Positions 1 through 9,805 of a DNA stretch of 25,536 bases are shown one piece after another. A program made the position numbers and the translations under genes. Location of the stretch: the NCBI GenBank assembly GCA_013265495.1, contig MU058793.1, forward strand, positions 498,001 to 523,536, in the 5' to 3' direction. The DNA is from Vicugna vicugna. Lineage: Eukaryota. Within the stretch, counting starts at the first letter, position 1. Every line of letters begins with the position of its first letter. The notes below the pieces were generated by a model, which saw only the letters and a list, made by a program, of their open reading frames with translations, did not search any database and was not told the DNA's origin.

Positions 1-149
1 CTCCAGTGAGCTTCCCGTAATACTGTTTACTCCCCTGCTGTTTATTTTTAGGATTTTCTTCTCTGTATGGGAAGTGATAGGATTTTCCATTTGTGATAGT
101 CTTGATTTCACATTAATTTATGTAAGGGGGGAAAGTGGAGTTAAACAGA

Positions 150-900
150 ACTATGACGTATATTATAATGTGGACGGAATGAGGGGGTAGCCAAAGTTGT
201 GACAAGTGAGGGGGCACTCGATTTGAAGACTGGAAAATGTGGAGTGGAGGTCAGAGGACATCTGGGCATGTTTGAAAGGAGAAAGGAGTAAGACAGGAAA
301 GGTGGGAGTTGTCTGTAGAGCCAGAATATGTAACAATCGGAAAGGAATCAACACTGTTGGGAGGATTTCTCCCAAAGAGGAGACACTGAGGAAAAAAGAG
401 AGAAGTGGTTCCTACCCAAGTAAGGATGACAGATGAGCAATTCCTACCAGGTAATAGGAATGCTCCTCATTAAGTGAAGGATCCGAGTTCCCTTCTAAGA
501 ATGAGGGGAGAACTGGTTTGATTGTGATTTGAACAGTGGAGAAGACTTGGACTATCCCTTTGGAGAATGTCCAAGAGAATAAAGAGATGAACAAAAGGAT
601 ACACAGCAAGGACCCAGATACATTCAGACAGCTCTCATTTTTAGCACGGAAAACGAACGCAGTTTTCGGTCATCCTAAAGTTGAGAAACGAGGCTGAGTA
701 AAGGCTGACCCCGCGTACACAGCTAGAGGAGAGGTGGCTGAGGGGGTTGGAGGTACAGAGGAAATCACCGTGTCTTTGTAGTCGAGGCTTTATGGTCAAG
801 GGGCCGGAGGAGTAAGTGAGGAGAAAGGGCATAAAGAACAGCAGGTTTCTGGGGGAAGAAGATTCAGTGGATGTGATGAGCCAGAGGTAAGCTTGATCAA
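150..900 (-). mobile_element. Degraded L2 LINE fragment(s)
   Basis: Purine-rich plus strand with L2-antisense-like motifs (e.g. CAGTTTTCGGTCATCCTAAAGTTGAG ~660-685). Boundaries approximate. Confidence 0.4.
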
Positions 901-1339
901 AATGGAAATGCAGCAATTAAAACACAATCTAGTTTTAAAAACCTCAACTGAAGATTGACTCAGGCGTAAAACTTTGTCATCAACAGTTAGGACTTGAGCA
1001 ATGGCAGTCTAAAAATTCAAGAGGTAATTTGAAAAGAAGACAAATTTGGGCCTAAAATATAGGTAGTCAATTAACATTAGGACATTGGACTGGAAGTGCA
1101 TGCAAAGAATATAAATCATTGGGTATTTTAAGCACGCCCAAAATAAAACCCCCAGACTGAAGAAAGGACTGAAAAGGCAGCACAGCGTATCTCTTTTCAC
1201 CAAAAGAAGACCCTCCAAGGAGCAAATAAAAATTAAAATATTGAATGAAGTTTAGCAAAATACGTTACAGTTTGTACACAAAATCTCAAACTTGAAGATA
1301 CCCGAGAAAGGTTCCTTGGACTTCACCCATCACTCACTC

Positions 1340-1775
1340 ACAGACACTCCCCGCTTCTTCCACAGCAGTTGAGGGTCTCCCTGGGCACATGGCCAGCCAC
1401 AACTTTGCAGTCATAGGTGTGGGTACCTGGGTACTTTGCAGTCATAGGTGTGGCCATGTGTCTAAGTTCTGGCCAGTGAGAAATAAGCAAGTATCATGTG
1501 GCAGCCTCTGGTCCTCCCTGGACCCTCGACCACTTCTCCTTCTTCCTGCTGGTTGGACCATGATGATGACTGGCACTCTACCTTGAACCATATGGACAAG
1601 GGTCACATGAAAGTTGCAGGCAGCTTGGCTCCCAGATGTCTGTGAAGCCCCCATACCAGCTCTATGCCACTAACCACTAGTCTTTGTTAGGGTAAAGAGA
1701 AAGTCTGTCTCATTTAAGGCACTGCTACTTAAGGTTTTTTTTTTTCTGTTCCTTGCAGGTGAACCCTAACTAACA
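1340..1775 (+). mobile_element. MLT1-family (ERVL-MaLR) solo LTR
   Basis: Motifs GGTGTGGCCATGTGTCTAAGTTCTGGCCAGTGAGA, CTTCCTGCTGGTTGGA and TTTAAGGCACTG, with a 3' end TCTGTTCCTTGCAG..CCTAACTAACA. Confidence 0.75.
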
Positions 1776-2064
1776 GGCTCTTCTTTGCTTACACAGAAGT
1801 CTCCCCTTCCTTGACCATTTCTTCACCAGCCTAAATAGTTGGACTAAGAGCAGACATTTCAATATCTCCTTCACTTGTTTCCCTTAGCCCCTGTTCTTCT
1901 CTCATTCCTGCTTAGGCAAGATCCACCACCAACTTATGCTCACCACCCATGACCCCATTCCTGCCTCCAACAATACCAACAGAGGAAATTTAAAATAAAA
2001 TGTAAGCTTAAAAACTTCTCCTAGCGATCATTACAATGGGAGGCCAGTCCTTGGACACAAGACA

Positions 2065-2140
2065 ACCATCTCTTCACCACTGCATTTCCATTGCCTAGAA
2101 GAGTCTGGCACACAGTAGGTCAACATGTTTATTCAAAGAT
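2065..2140 (+). mobile_element. L2 3' end fragment
   Basis: TCTTCACCACTGCATTTCC..GCCTAGAAGAGTCTGGCACACAGTAGG resembles the L2 3' terminus. Confidence 0.65.
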
Positions 2141-2174
2141 TAAAATGCAACCAGATCTTCTACTCAGTAGTATT

Positions 2175-2650
2175 TTTATTCAACCCCAGTGAACTCTTTA
2201 CTACATTTTCTAGGAAGTGCAAAGCATTGTTCCAGTTGCTAGGCATACGAGGATCATCAAAGCAGACATGGTCTTTGCCCTTATGGAGTTTGCATTCTAG
2301 TGGCAAGAGATACATAAGGAATATATGATTAAATGAGTAAACACGAAGTCACGTAGGGATACGTGCTATGGATAAAATAATGAGGGTGGAAGATGGTGAC
2401 TGGAGGAATGGGGGAAAGGCTATTTTAGATATTTAGATATTTTTCCAATGGTCAGGACATACTCGAAGGTAACATCTGGGCTGTGAACAGAAGGCTGAAA
2501 AGATCTTTGGAGAAAGGGTTCCAGAGGGAAGAGTAAATGCAGGAGGATGGGATGAAGGTTGGTGTGGTGAGACACACAAAGCAGGGGCAGAGGGAAGCAG
2601 GGGTAAGGAATGAGGCAGAAGGAGGTGAGGATATATCTTGGGCTTGCCAA
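2175..2650 (-). mobile_element. L2 LINE 3' region
   Basis: AAAGCAGACATGGTCTTTGCCCTTATGGAGTTTGCATTCTAGTGG and GTTCCAGAGGGAAGAGTAAATGC are typical L2 antisense motifs. Confidence 0.75.
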
Positions 2651-2681
2651 TCAGCCCCCAAACCTATTCATAGTCTCACTG

Positions 2682-3014
2682 TCTAAGTCCATCTATGTTG
2701 CTGCAAATGGCATTATTCATTCCTTTTTATGGCTGAGTAGTATTCCTGTGTGTGTGATAGGCTGTTTTCTTGGCTATTGTAAATAGTGCTGCTGTGAACA
2801 CTGGGGTGCATGTGTCTTTTTGAATTAGAGTTTTCTCTGGATATATGTCCAGGAGTGAGAACTATATTCAATTTCTTGTAATAAGCTGTAACGGAAAAAT
2901 ATCTGAAAAAATGCATATATGTATGTATATGTATAACTGAATCGCTTTGCTGTACATATGAAACTAACATTGTAAATCAACTACACTTCAATAAAAAATA
3001 AGAAAAAATATAAA
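2682..3014. mobile_element. 5'-inverted L1 insertion (artiodactyl-type): antisense ORF2-end piece 2682-~2859 plus sense 3' UTR/poly(A) ~2857-3014
   Basis: Antisense part GTCCATCTATGTTGCTGCAAATGGCATTATT...GGCTATTGTAAATAGTGCTGC...CCAGGAGTG abuts sense part GAACTATATTCAA...TGTAAATCAACTACACTTC, then AATAAA (2990-2995) and an A-rich tail. Confidence 0.85.
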
Positions 3015-3404
3015 TATCCTCATTCTCATTCTTATTGCTCTCTCCCTCCCTCCACCCCAGCCTCCTTTCCTCCCTCTCTGTCTTTCTTTCTCTGTTAGTT
3101 ACTCTTTCAATCAATCTCTCTCTCCCCTTCTTCCCCAACAACTTTTCCATTGAAATATTTATCTTTAGCCATCTTCTTTTTCTTCACTAATATCTCAGAG
3201 AAAGGGTTACCAAGCTTGCATTTCAAGGCTAACTCCCCTTTATCCACAGCCTTCATTCCAACACCAATTGACAGCCTCCGTGAGCCCTTTCACCTGATCA
3301 CACGAGCCCGAGGGACCTTGCCTCTCATTCATTCTGCTCCTGAAGAACTTCCACCAAATCAGTCATTAGCTTCAGCCTAGAACATCTCCCTGTGTACACA
3401 TACT

Positions 3405-3434
3405 CACACACACACACACACACGCACACACACA
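3405..3434. repeat. (CA)n microsatellite with one CG interruption
   Basis: Read directly. Confidence 0.95.
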
Positions 3435-3730
3435 TATTTCATGACCCCTTGTGTATACACACCTGCCCTCCTACCAAACTAGATGTTTCTTGAAGGCAGA
3501 CCAAATCTCCTCTCAGCCCCTCACAAGACGTGCATTCCAAATAGTGCTTCATAAATAATAATGATGCCATCTGCATTAAAATTAAATAAGCACAAGCTAT
3601 TTCTGGTTTCCACAAAGAATAAGAAACATGGACAACTCAAATCCTCAGAGATCTTCAACATCGTCAAGCTTCACTTCATTTAGCAGTTTAAATGGACTTT
3701 TTCTCCCGACCCCACACCCACTTTCCTTCA

Positions 3731-4178
3731 CTGTGACATCAGCATTTCACTCTCCCTCTGAGGAGCCGTTACCCCTGACTCTTAGCCCATGTGGTTTCCA
3801 TGGGGCCAATGGTACGTGCCCCTGATCCTAAGGTGGGTATGGGACTTTGGGCCTGGGCACATGACCCAAGTCTGTCCAGTGAGGCTCCATCCAGCGCAGC
3901 TACTGAAACAAGTGGGGAAGAGAATCTCTCCCTCCTGCGGAGGCTCAGCTGTGCGGGTGTGACTTAGAGCTGCTGTCCATCATCCCACCATCCGAGTATA
4001 TAGCCTAACTGAGAAGCCAAACAGATGAAAACAGTGCTAATACAAGAGAGTCTTCACAGCACCCCCCCATAACACCTGGATCCAGCTATGCCTGAAACAA
4101 GCCTTACAATTCCTTTTCTATTTAATTCAGTTTGAGGACTTTTTCTGACTCGCAATCAAAAGAATTTTTACTAATACA
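3731..4178 (+). mobile_element. MLT1-family solo LTR (K/L-like)
   Basis: GGGCACATGACCCAAGTCTGTCCAGTGAG and CCTGGATCCAGCTATGCCTGAA motifs, ending CAAAAGAATTTTTACTAATACA. Confidence 0.8.
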
Positions 4179-5609
4179 ACAGTTTTGATCACTTTTTCAT
4201 TAATCATGGTTGTTACAATTGTTTGAGTAAGCTGACTAACAGGAGGAGAGTTTATCAGTGGTAATGCAGGAATAAAGGAGCAGCAAAACAGATCTACTAG
4301 TATGTTTTGGGAGTGCTCAACATTTCTAGATTTAACGCATCCTTTGTTCAAGAAAAACCAACCCAACTTCCAACCAAATACACAGATTTCATAAAGGATT
4401 TCTAGTCAGATCAGCATTTGGGACTTCTACTTCCTTTTTTAAAAGAAAGTGGAAAACGTTTGTTATTCTACAGTACATCAAATCCTTTGCCCATTACAAA
4501 TTAGCTGCAGAAATTGCTGGAAAATCTCACAACATAGTACAGCTACACTACTTCAAGTTAAAATATTTTAAAAACTCACTTCCATTACAGTATTTAACAC
4601 AATTCTTCTATATAAACAATTTAGTCAATGTAGAAAAGGCCACGTTCAACTTGCAAGACTTGGGCTAGAAGGGCCCACTTGCAAATCTATCTCCTCCAGA
4701 AGAATGAATCTTTATCATTCAAATATGTATCTAAAGTGAAATCCAAACCCTTCTTGATATTGGCCAATTTGTTTAACTTACAGATGATCAAGACATTAAA
4801 ATTATTCTTTTATAAACAAAGTAAAATTAAATTATGATTAAAGACAGAATGTTAGTCATGTAAGAAGGGCCCTTTTCCAACGGCTGATGTGTTTTACACA
4901 AGCCTGGAACATATTTAAAAGAACATCGCCTCCCTGAGGAAGGGATTAGGATACAAACCCACGAAACAAAGAAAATAAAATGATCTACTACAAAGGCAGA
5001 AGATAAAACCTGTCAGAAGCTCATGCAGAAACCTTGAATAAAAGCCTCTACTCCTTGTATTTTAAACCAGGTTTTTTTTTTTTAAAGGAGTGCTGAATCC
5101 ACCTTAAAAATACATTGAATTTATAAGCATACTTTGCAAAAATCCTGTCCTGCCTTATTAACCAACTCAAAACAGATTCTCCAAGATACTATGACACCAT
5201 TAACATGTCACAATAAGGAAAAACACATGAAATGTTTCAATTCATAAATGGTTGATGCGCTTGTAAAATATGGTGTTGCAAATGTTGCATTATTCCCACT
5301 TAATGACAACCATTTAAGAATGCTTCTTTCCAAATAATTAAGACAGAAAAGATACATCACACACACACACACTTCTTTTTTATACTGCCGTTGTTAATGG
5401 TGCAGTGGGATTTCCAAATTTTCTGAGTTTCACACATTACACCCTAAAATACTACCTCCCTAACTGGCAAGTTGGATTAACAAACACCACACCAACCAAC
5501 TCTCAAGACAAGGATGGGTCCTCGCCACCCTGTCCCCTCACTCTTGGAGGAGTCACCTCCATTTCCATCACTTTTCCGCATACAGAAAGACCTCAGCTTT
5601 GGTTTTTCA

Positions 5610-5990
5610 GCCCTGAGCTCTCTCTCTATTGAGTCAAAGTGCCCCTACCTGATGTCTCTGTGGGAATGTTCCACCAAAATATCCCACACCGGCTTTATCT
5701 TTCCTTCAACACCAGCTTCTCCTCTGGCCTCTCTGCTTCTGTTCATGGTCCTAGCATTTGTTCAGGCCCCAAGTTCAAACACCCTGAGTTGTCTCTGCCT
5801 CCTCTTTCTCCTTCCTGAGCTACAGAGATGCTCTGTTCAGTGCCCTCCTCTCCGTCACATCCATATTCACATCTCCTTAGTTCGAATCCTTCTCACACTT
5901 TTATCTCAGTTGGCTAGTGTCATTGTCCCTGATCATCTTGGCAGGTCCCACACTAATCCAGTCAAAAAGTCAGATCCATCTTAAGAAAGT
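5610..5990 (+). mobile_element. L2 LINE internal fragment
   Basis: Pyrimidine-rich sequence with L2-like motifs (CTACCTGATGTCTCT..GGAATGTTCCAC; CAAGTTCAAACACCCTGAGTTGTCTCTGCCTCCTC). Confidence 0.55.
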
Positions 5991-6109
5991 GCAACCCCAA
6001 CCACACCAATGGCCCACCCAAAATTCTTCAAATGTGCTCAGTAGTAGATACGGTTGTCTTTCCAACAGCCTTTCTTCCTTGCTAACACAGCATAATATCA
6101 ATTACACTT

Positions 6110-6600
6110 ATGTGACAGTGTGTCCAGTCCCAGGGGATGGCACGGGTTTGTCTAAGCTGATCAGAGCAATCTCCTTCTTCTTTGTCAATGACTGGCCTAG
6201 CGTGGGCACACGATCCTTTCTCATCAATAAGATAAAAGAGTCTAGTGGAACTGTTTCCAAGAAAGCTATTCTTTCCTAGTAAGAGATGTATAGAAGGAGA
6301 AAGTGTTCCTTTGTTATCACTTCCACTTCCCTCTACTAACCTGCTTCCCATTTTGCATGCCACCATGTGAGGGTGTGATGCTGAGCGCTACAGCAGCCAG
6401 CTTGTAACCATGAGGAGATTGTTGGAACTCCAAGGATGGTAAAATAAAAAGAAAGGTAAAGAGAGACCTCGAAGACATGCCTGAACCATCCAAAACAGCC
6501 TGAGATTGCATAGCTAAAGTCAACAAATGTCCTTATGGTTTATGCCACTATTTGTTGGGTGTTCTGTTACCTACAGCCCAAAGCATTCTGACTGCTAAAC
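6110..6600 (+). mobile_element. MLT1-family solo LTR
   Basis: TGTGATGCTGAGCGCTACAGCAGCCAGCTTGTAACCATGAGG, with a 3' end TTTATGCCACTATTTGTTGGGTGTTCTGTTACCTACAGCCCAAAGCATTCTGACTG. Confidence 0.8.
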
Positions 6601-6644
6601 TTACAAAGAACAGACTCTTCTGTGCCATGCTACTCACAGCACAA

Positions 6645-6772
6645 CATGAGCATCACCTGGAAGGCCCACCCCAGACCTATGACTCAGAACCTCTAGGGGT
6701 AAGGTCCAAGGGTCTGTGTTATAAAAAGCACTCTAGGTGATCCTTGTGCACATAAAGTTTGATAAACACTGC
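6645..6772. mobile_element. MER5A-like hAT-Charlie MITE (partial)
   Basis: CATCACCTGG..GGCCCACCCCAGACCTATGACTCAGAA..CTAGGTGATCCTTGTGCACATAAAGTTTGATAAACACTG. Confidence 0.8.
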
Positions 6773-6924
6773 TCTATAATACGACCACAAGTCACCTTTT
6801 TCCATTTCATCCACTATCCTACATACCACAAGGAATAGTGGGTCTGTATTTCTCCAATGACAGGGACCTCAGTTCACTAGGTCTGAGCATCGTTGGATGC
6901 TCGTTTAATTTCACCTCTTCTTAA

Positions 6925-7231
6925 TCAAAGTTTTCAAACTCGAAGCCTCTTGGGACCTGAGAGGTATACAGAGAGCTAAGGATGAGAAGGAGGGAGTGGA
7001 AAGGACCCCGGTGAACTGTGGCCATCAGAAGGGCAACTAAGCAGATGTTGCCATGCGAGGGTCTAGGTCTAGTACTGCTCAATTTATGATTAAAGAAAAG
7101 CTAGAAATCCAGATCTACATGCAGAAAATGTTAGATACAGACAACTAATTGATTTTTTTCAAATTCTGGTGCAAATTAAATGAAGCAAGTCCTCAGGTGG
7201 ATTCAGCATCCCTCTGACGATTTGTGGCCTG
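6925..7231 (+). mobile_element. MER102-like hAT-Charlie element
   Basis: TTTCAAACTCGAAGCCT.., GATGTTGCCATGCGAGGG, AAGCTAGAAATCCAGAT and CAACTAATT match the recalled MER102 consensus in order. Confidence 0.65.
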
Positions 7232-7869
7232 GAGTAGACAGTTCTCGAAATAACCACAAATCCTTTGAACATTATGGCCACATCCAATCATTGACTTCAT
7301 CTAAAATGATTGAAATTAATACTCTTTGGCTAACTGTATGTTAGTGTCCACCGAGCACAGGGTTCTCATCAACATTCCACTGTTTGGGGTGGAAAAATGG
7401 TGGGAGTCTATGGACATCTAGTTAGTGTCCGCAGGACTCTTTTCTCCATTTGGCATCATAGACTGGACACCTAGAACCATAAACTTCTCAGGGGCCTACA
7501 AAAATGCTTAAAATGTTAGAGAAAAAAAATAATTGGCCACATAGCACATGCAAGCATGACCCCTCCCACACACACACCAAAACTAAAACTAATAGATGCT
7601 TGATTAAACGCCTACCAAAAGCAAACATAAGTCACCTACTCAATGTCAACTCAGATATGGTATCATGTCGTAGTACATTAAACGCAGCCTGTGGAGGGGA
7701 GCTCAGATCAACAGGGCTTAGGAACTACCAAGGTCCTAAAAAGGCCCTGAGTGCCAACCTGGAAGCAGCCATTCTGCCCAGGTCTTGTCTTCTTTATAGC
7801 AATCATGAACTTGGCTACCCAGTTCTACCGCCCCTTGGGGTTGCTCACTCCAGGATCCTCAGCCTGGAA

Positions 7870-8050
7870 CAAAGTTTTCAACCATGGCTGCACAGTGGAA
7901 TCACCCGGGGAGCTTTTAAAAACACTGCTGCCTGGATCTAATCCCCAGAGAGTCTTACTGAGCTGGTCTGGGGTAATGGTGAGTATCTTTTATAAGCCTC
8001 CTCCCACCCCAACCATGGCTGAAGCATAACCAGGGCTGGGAACCCACTGT
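7870..8050. mobile_element. MER5-family hAT-Charlie MITE
   Basis: TTCAACCATGGCTGCACAGTGGAATCACCCGGGGAGCTTTTAAAAACACTGCTGCCTGG..CCCCAGAGA..CCAGGGCTGGGAACCCACTG. Confidence 0.85.
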
Positions 8051-8181
8051 TCTAGAGGCGTTTTCAGAAACATTCTCTGAGATAGTCATCTTCCCAGTTA
8101 GCCCACCTTGATTTTCTCTCTACTGCCCTGGTTTGGAACAAAGGAAGATCATGGTACCATCAGTCGTCTGATTATCAAACA

Positions 8182-8506
8182 CAGGGATTGGCAACCTTTT
8201 TCTATAAAGGGACAAAGAGTAAATGTTTCAGGCTTTGTGGGCCATCCAGTCTCTGTCACAACGACTCAACATTGCCTCTGTAGCATGAAAGCAGCCCCAG
8301 ACAATACGGACACAAGCAAGTGGGGCCGCGTTTCAGTAATACTTTATTTATGGACACGGAGTGAATTTCATTTTCATAGTCATGAGCTATTATTCTTCTT
8401 TTGAGTTCTTTCACCATTTAAAAACATAAACACTGACCTTAACTTGCAGATCACACCAGGTCAGGGGGCCAGATGTAACCGGTGGGCTGCAGTCTGCCAA
8501 CTCCTG
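8182..8506 (+). mobile_element. MER58B-like hAT-Charlie element, near full length
   Basis: TIRs CAGGGATTGGCAA / TGCCAACTCCTG. Degenerate 8-bp TSD ATCAAACA (8174-8181) / ATCTAAAA (8507-8514). Internal CAGGCTTTGTGGGCCAT..GTCTCTGTCACAACGACTCAAC. Confidence 0.9.
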
Positions 8507-8739
8507 ATCTAAAACTACTATTCCATCGATTTGAGACCATAGAATTAATGAATGATAGACTCCCAATTATCACATTAGAAGTACACTGAGAGTGGTCAGA
8601 TGATACTTCTTCCACTCACTTAACTGAACTGTCCACACAGTTGAACCATGGAGTAGAACTGCCCACAGAGTTGAACATAAATGACACATGATTTATTTAA
8701 AATGATTTTTCAATCCGCATCCGCATAGGAGCTTGTCTA

Positions 8740-9056
8740 AGGCATATTTGCAAAGAAGCAATACACAAGCATGCCTTGAGGGTCCCATGTAATGATTTCA
8801 ATTATTTGTTAATTTGCAACCAACATTTAAAATTCAGGGTATTTCACATAAAAACCCAGGTTATCATTTCTTTTGAAAAAAAAAATTGCAAAACCTGGAG
8901 ATACTGGGTCAAATGTTCGCATGGCAGCAATCTACTAATGCAAAGGAAGGCTCCCCCTTTAAATGGGGGCAAGTTCTCCTCTTGACCACAAGCCCTCACT
9001 TCATGTAGGTTAGTTAACTGGCTGTCCCTATAGACATTTTGAGTTTATGACTCCTG
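8740..9056 (-). mobile_element. MER102-like hAT-Charlie element
   Basis: CCAACATTTAAAATTCAGGGTATTTCACATAAAAACCCAGG, CGCATGGCAGCAATC and CCCCTTTAAATGGGG, with terminal CATTTTGAGTTTATGACTCCTG. Confidence 0.75.
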
Positions 9057-9787
9057 CTCAAAAAAACCCTGTATTCTTTCACAATGTGGCTTCCATACCT
9101 TGGTTAAAGACCTGTTATGGAAATCTCTCAATCTGCTCTCAAAATTCAACACCCTCATACTCCTGACCCTGGAAATAAAATTATTAGTTCTCATGTGAGT
9201 GTAAGGTATCAACTTAAGACGCATTTCAATCCAATCCCCCTCCCCTCTCAATATGTTCTCAATTTGAGCCAGGGTCTCCAATAAGATGGACCAATGACCA
9301 ATTCCCCTCTGGTCCCCTTACTCTTCAAGCTAGCCAAGGTAGAGGCCCATGAGGCGGGGTGAAAGCACTCATATTAGAATGTCTTAATTAAGCAGAGTGA
9401 TCGATAACATATTAATAACTAGAAAGCAAGGTCTGGGACTGATGGGGTCACAACAGCATGGGACTATTCTACATGGAGTAAGAAGTCAAAAGCCATATTT
9501 TAAAAGGGAGAATGGAAGCCCCAAGAATGTGCAGAAAAAAGCTAGTAACATGAGTTTAGTCCAAGTTCATTATTAACCCAATGTGTGATTTGACCTTGCT
9601 TACACCCACGTTAAATACAATAGTTTATTTGGGTGGGTGGGGTGCAGACTTCTGACCACTACATGCCAATTGATGTGTTAGGTATTACCTTATTACTGGT
9701 GAAGACAAATTGAACCCAGGGAAAGAAAATTTCCAGTTATATAGACAATGGGTCACTAATTCACTTGAGTAACATAAGGCCTTTAAA

Positions 9788-9805
9788 ATATATATATATA
9801 TATAT
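9788..9805. repeat. (AT)9 microsatellite
   Basis: Read directly. Confidence 0.9.

Noticed and set aside
7712..7749. Small inverted repeat CAGGGC-TTAGGA...TCCTAA-..GCCCTG
   Set aside because: It is short with a bulge and could be chance or a tiny hAT remnant; it cannot be assigned.
5405..8404. ORFs of 75-156 aa (e.g. 5514-5984, 5917-6279, 7504-7941, 8108-8404)
   Set aside because: They largely overlap decayed L2, MLT1, MER5 or MER58 sequence and have no protein-like composition or exon structure.
1402..8676. Repeat-spacer-repeat pairs at 1402-1453 and 8626-8676 as CRISPR-like arrays
   Set aside because: Each has only two units, the units are unrelated to each other, the spacers are 9-10 bp, the context is mammalian and there are no cas genes.
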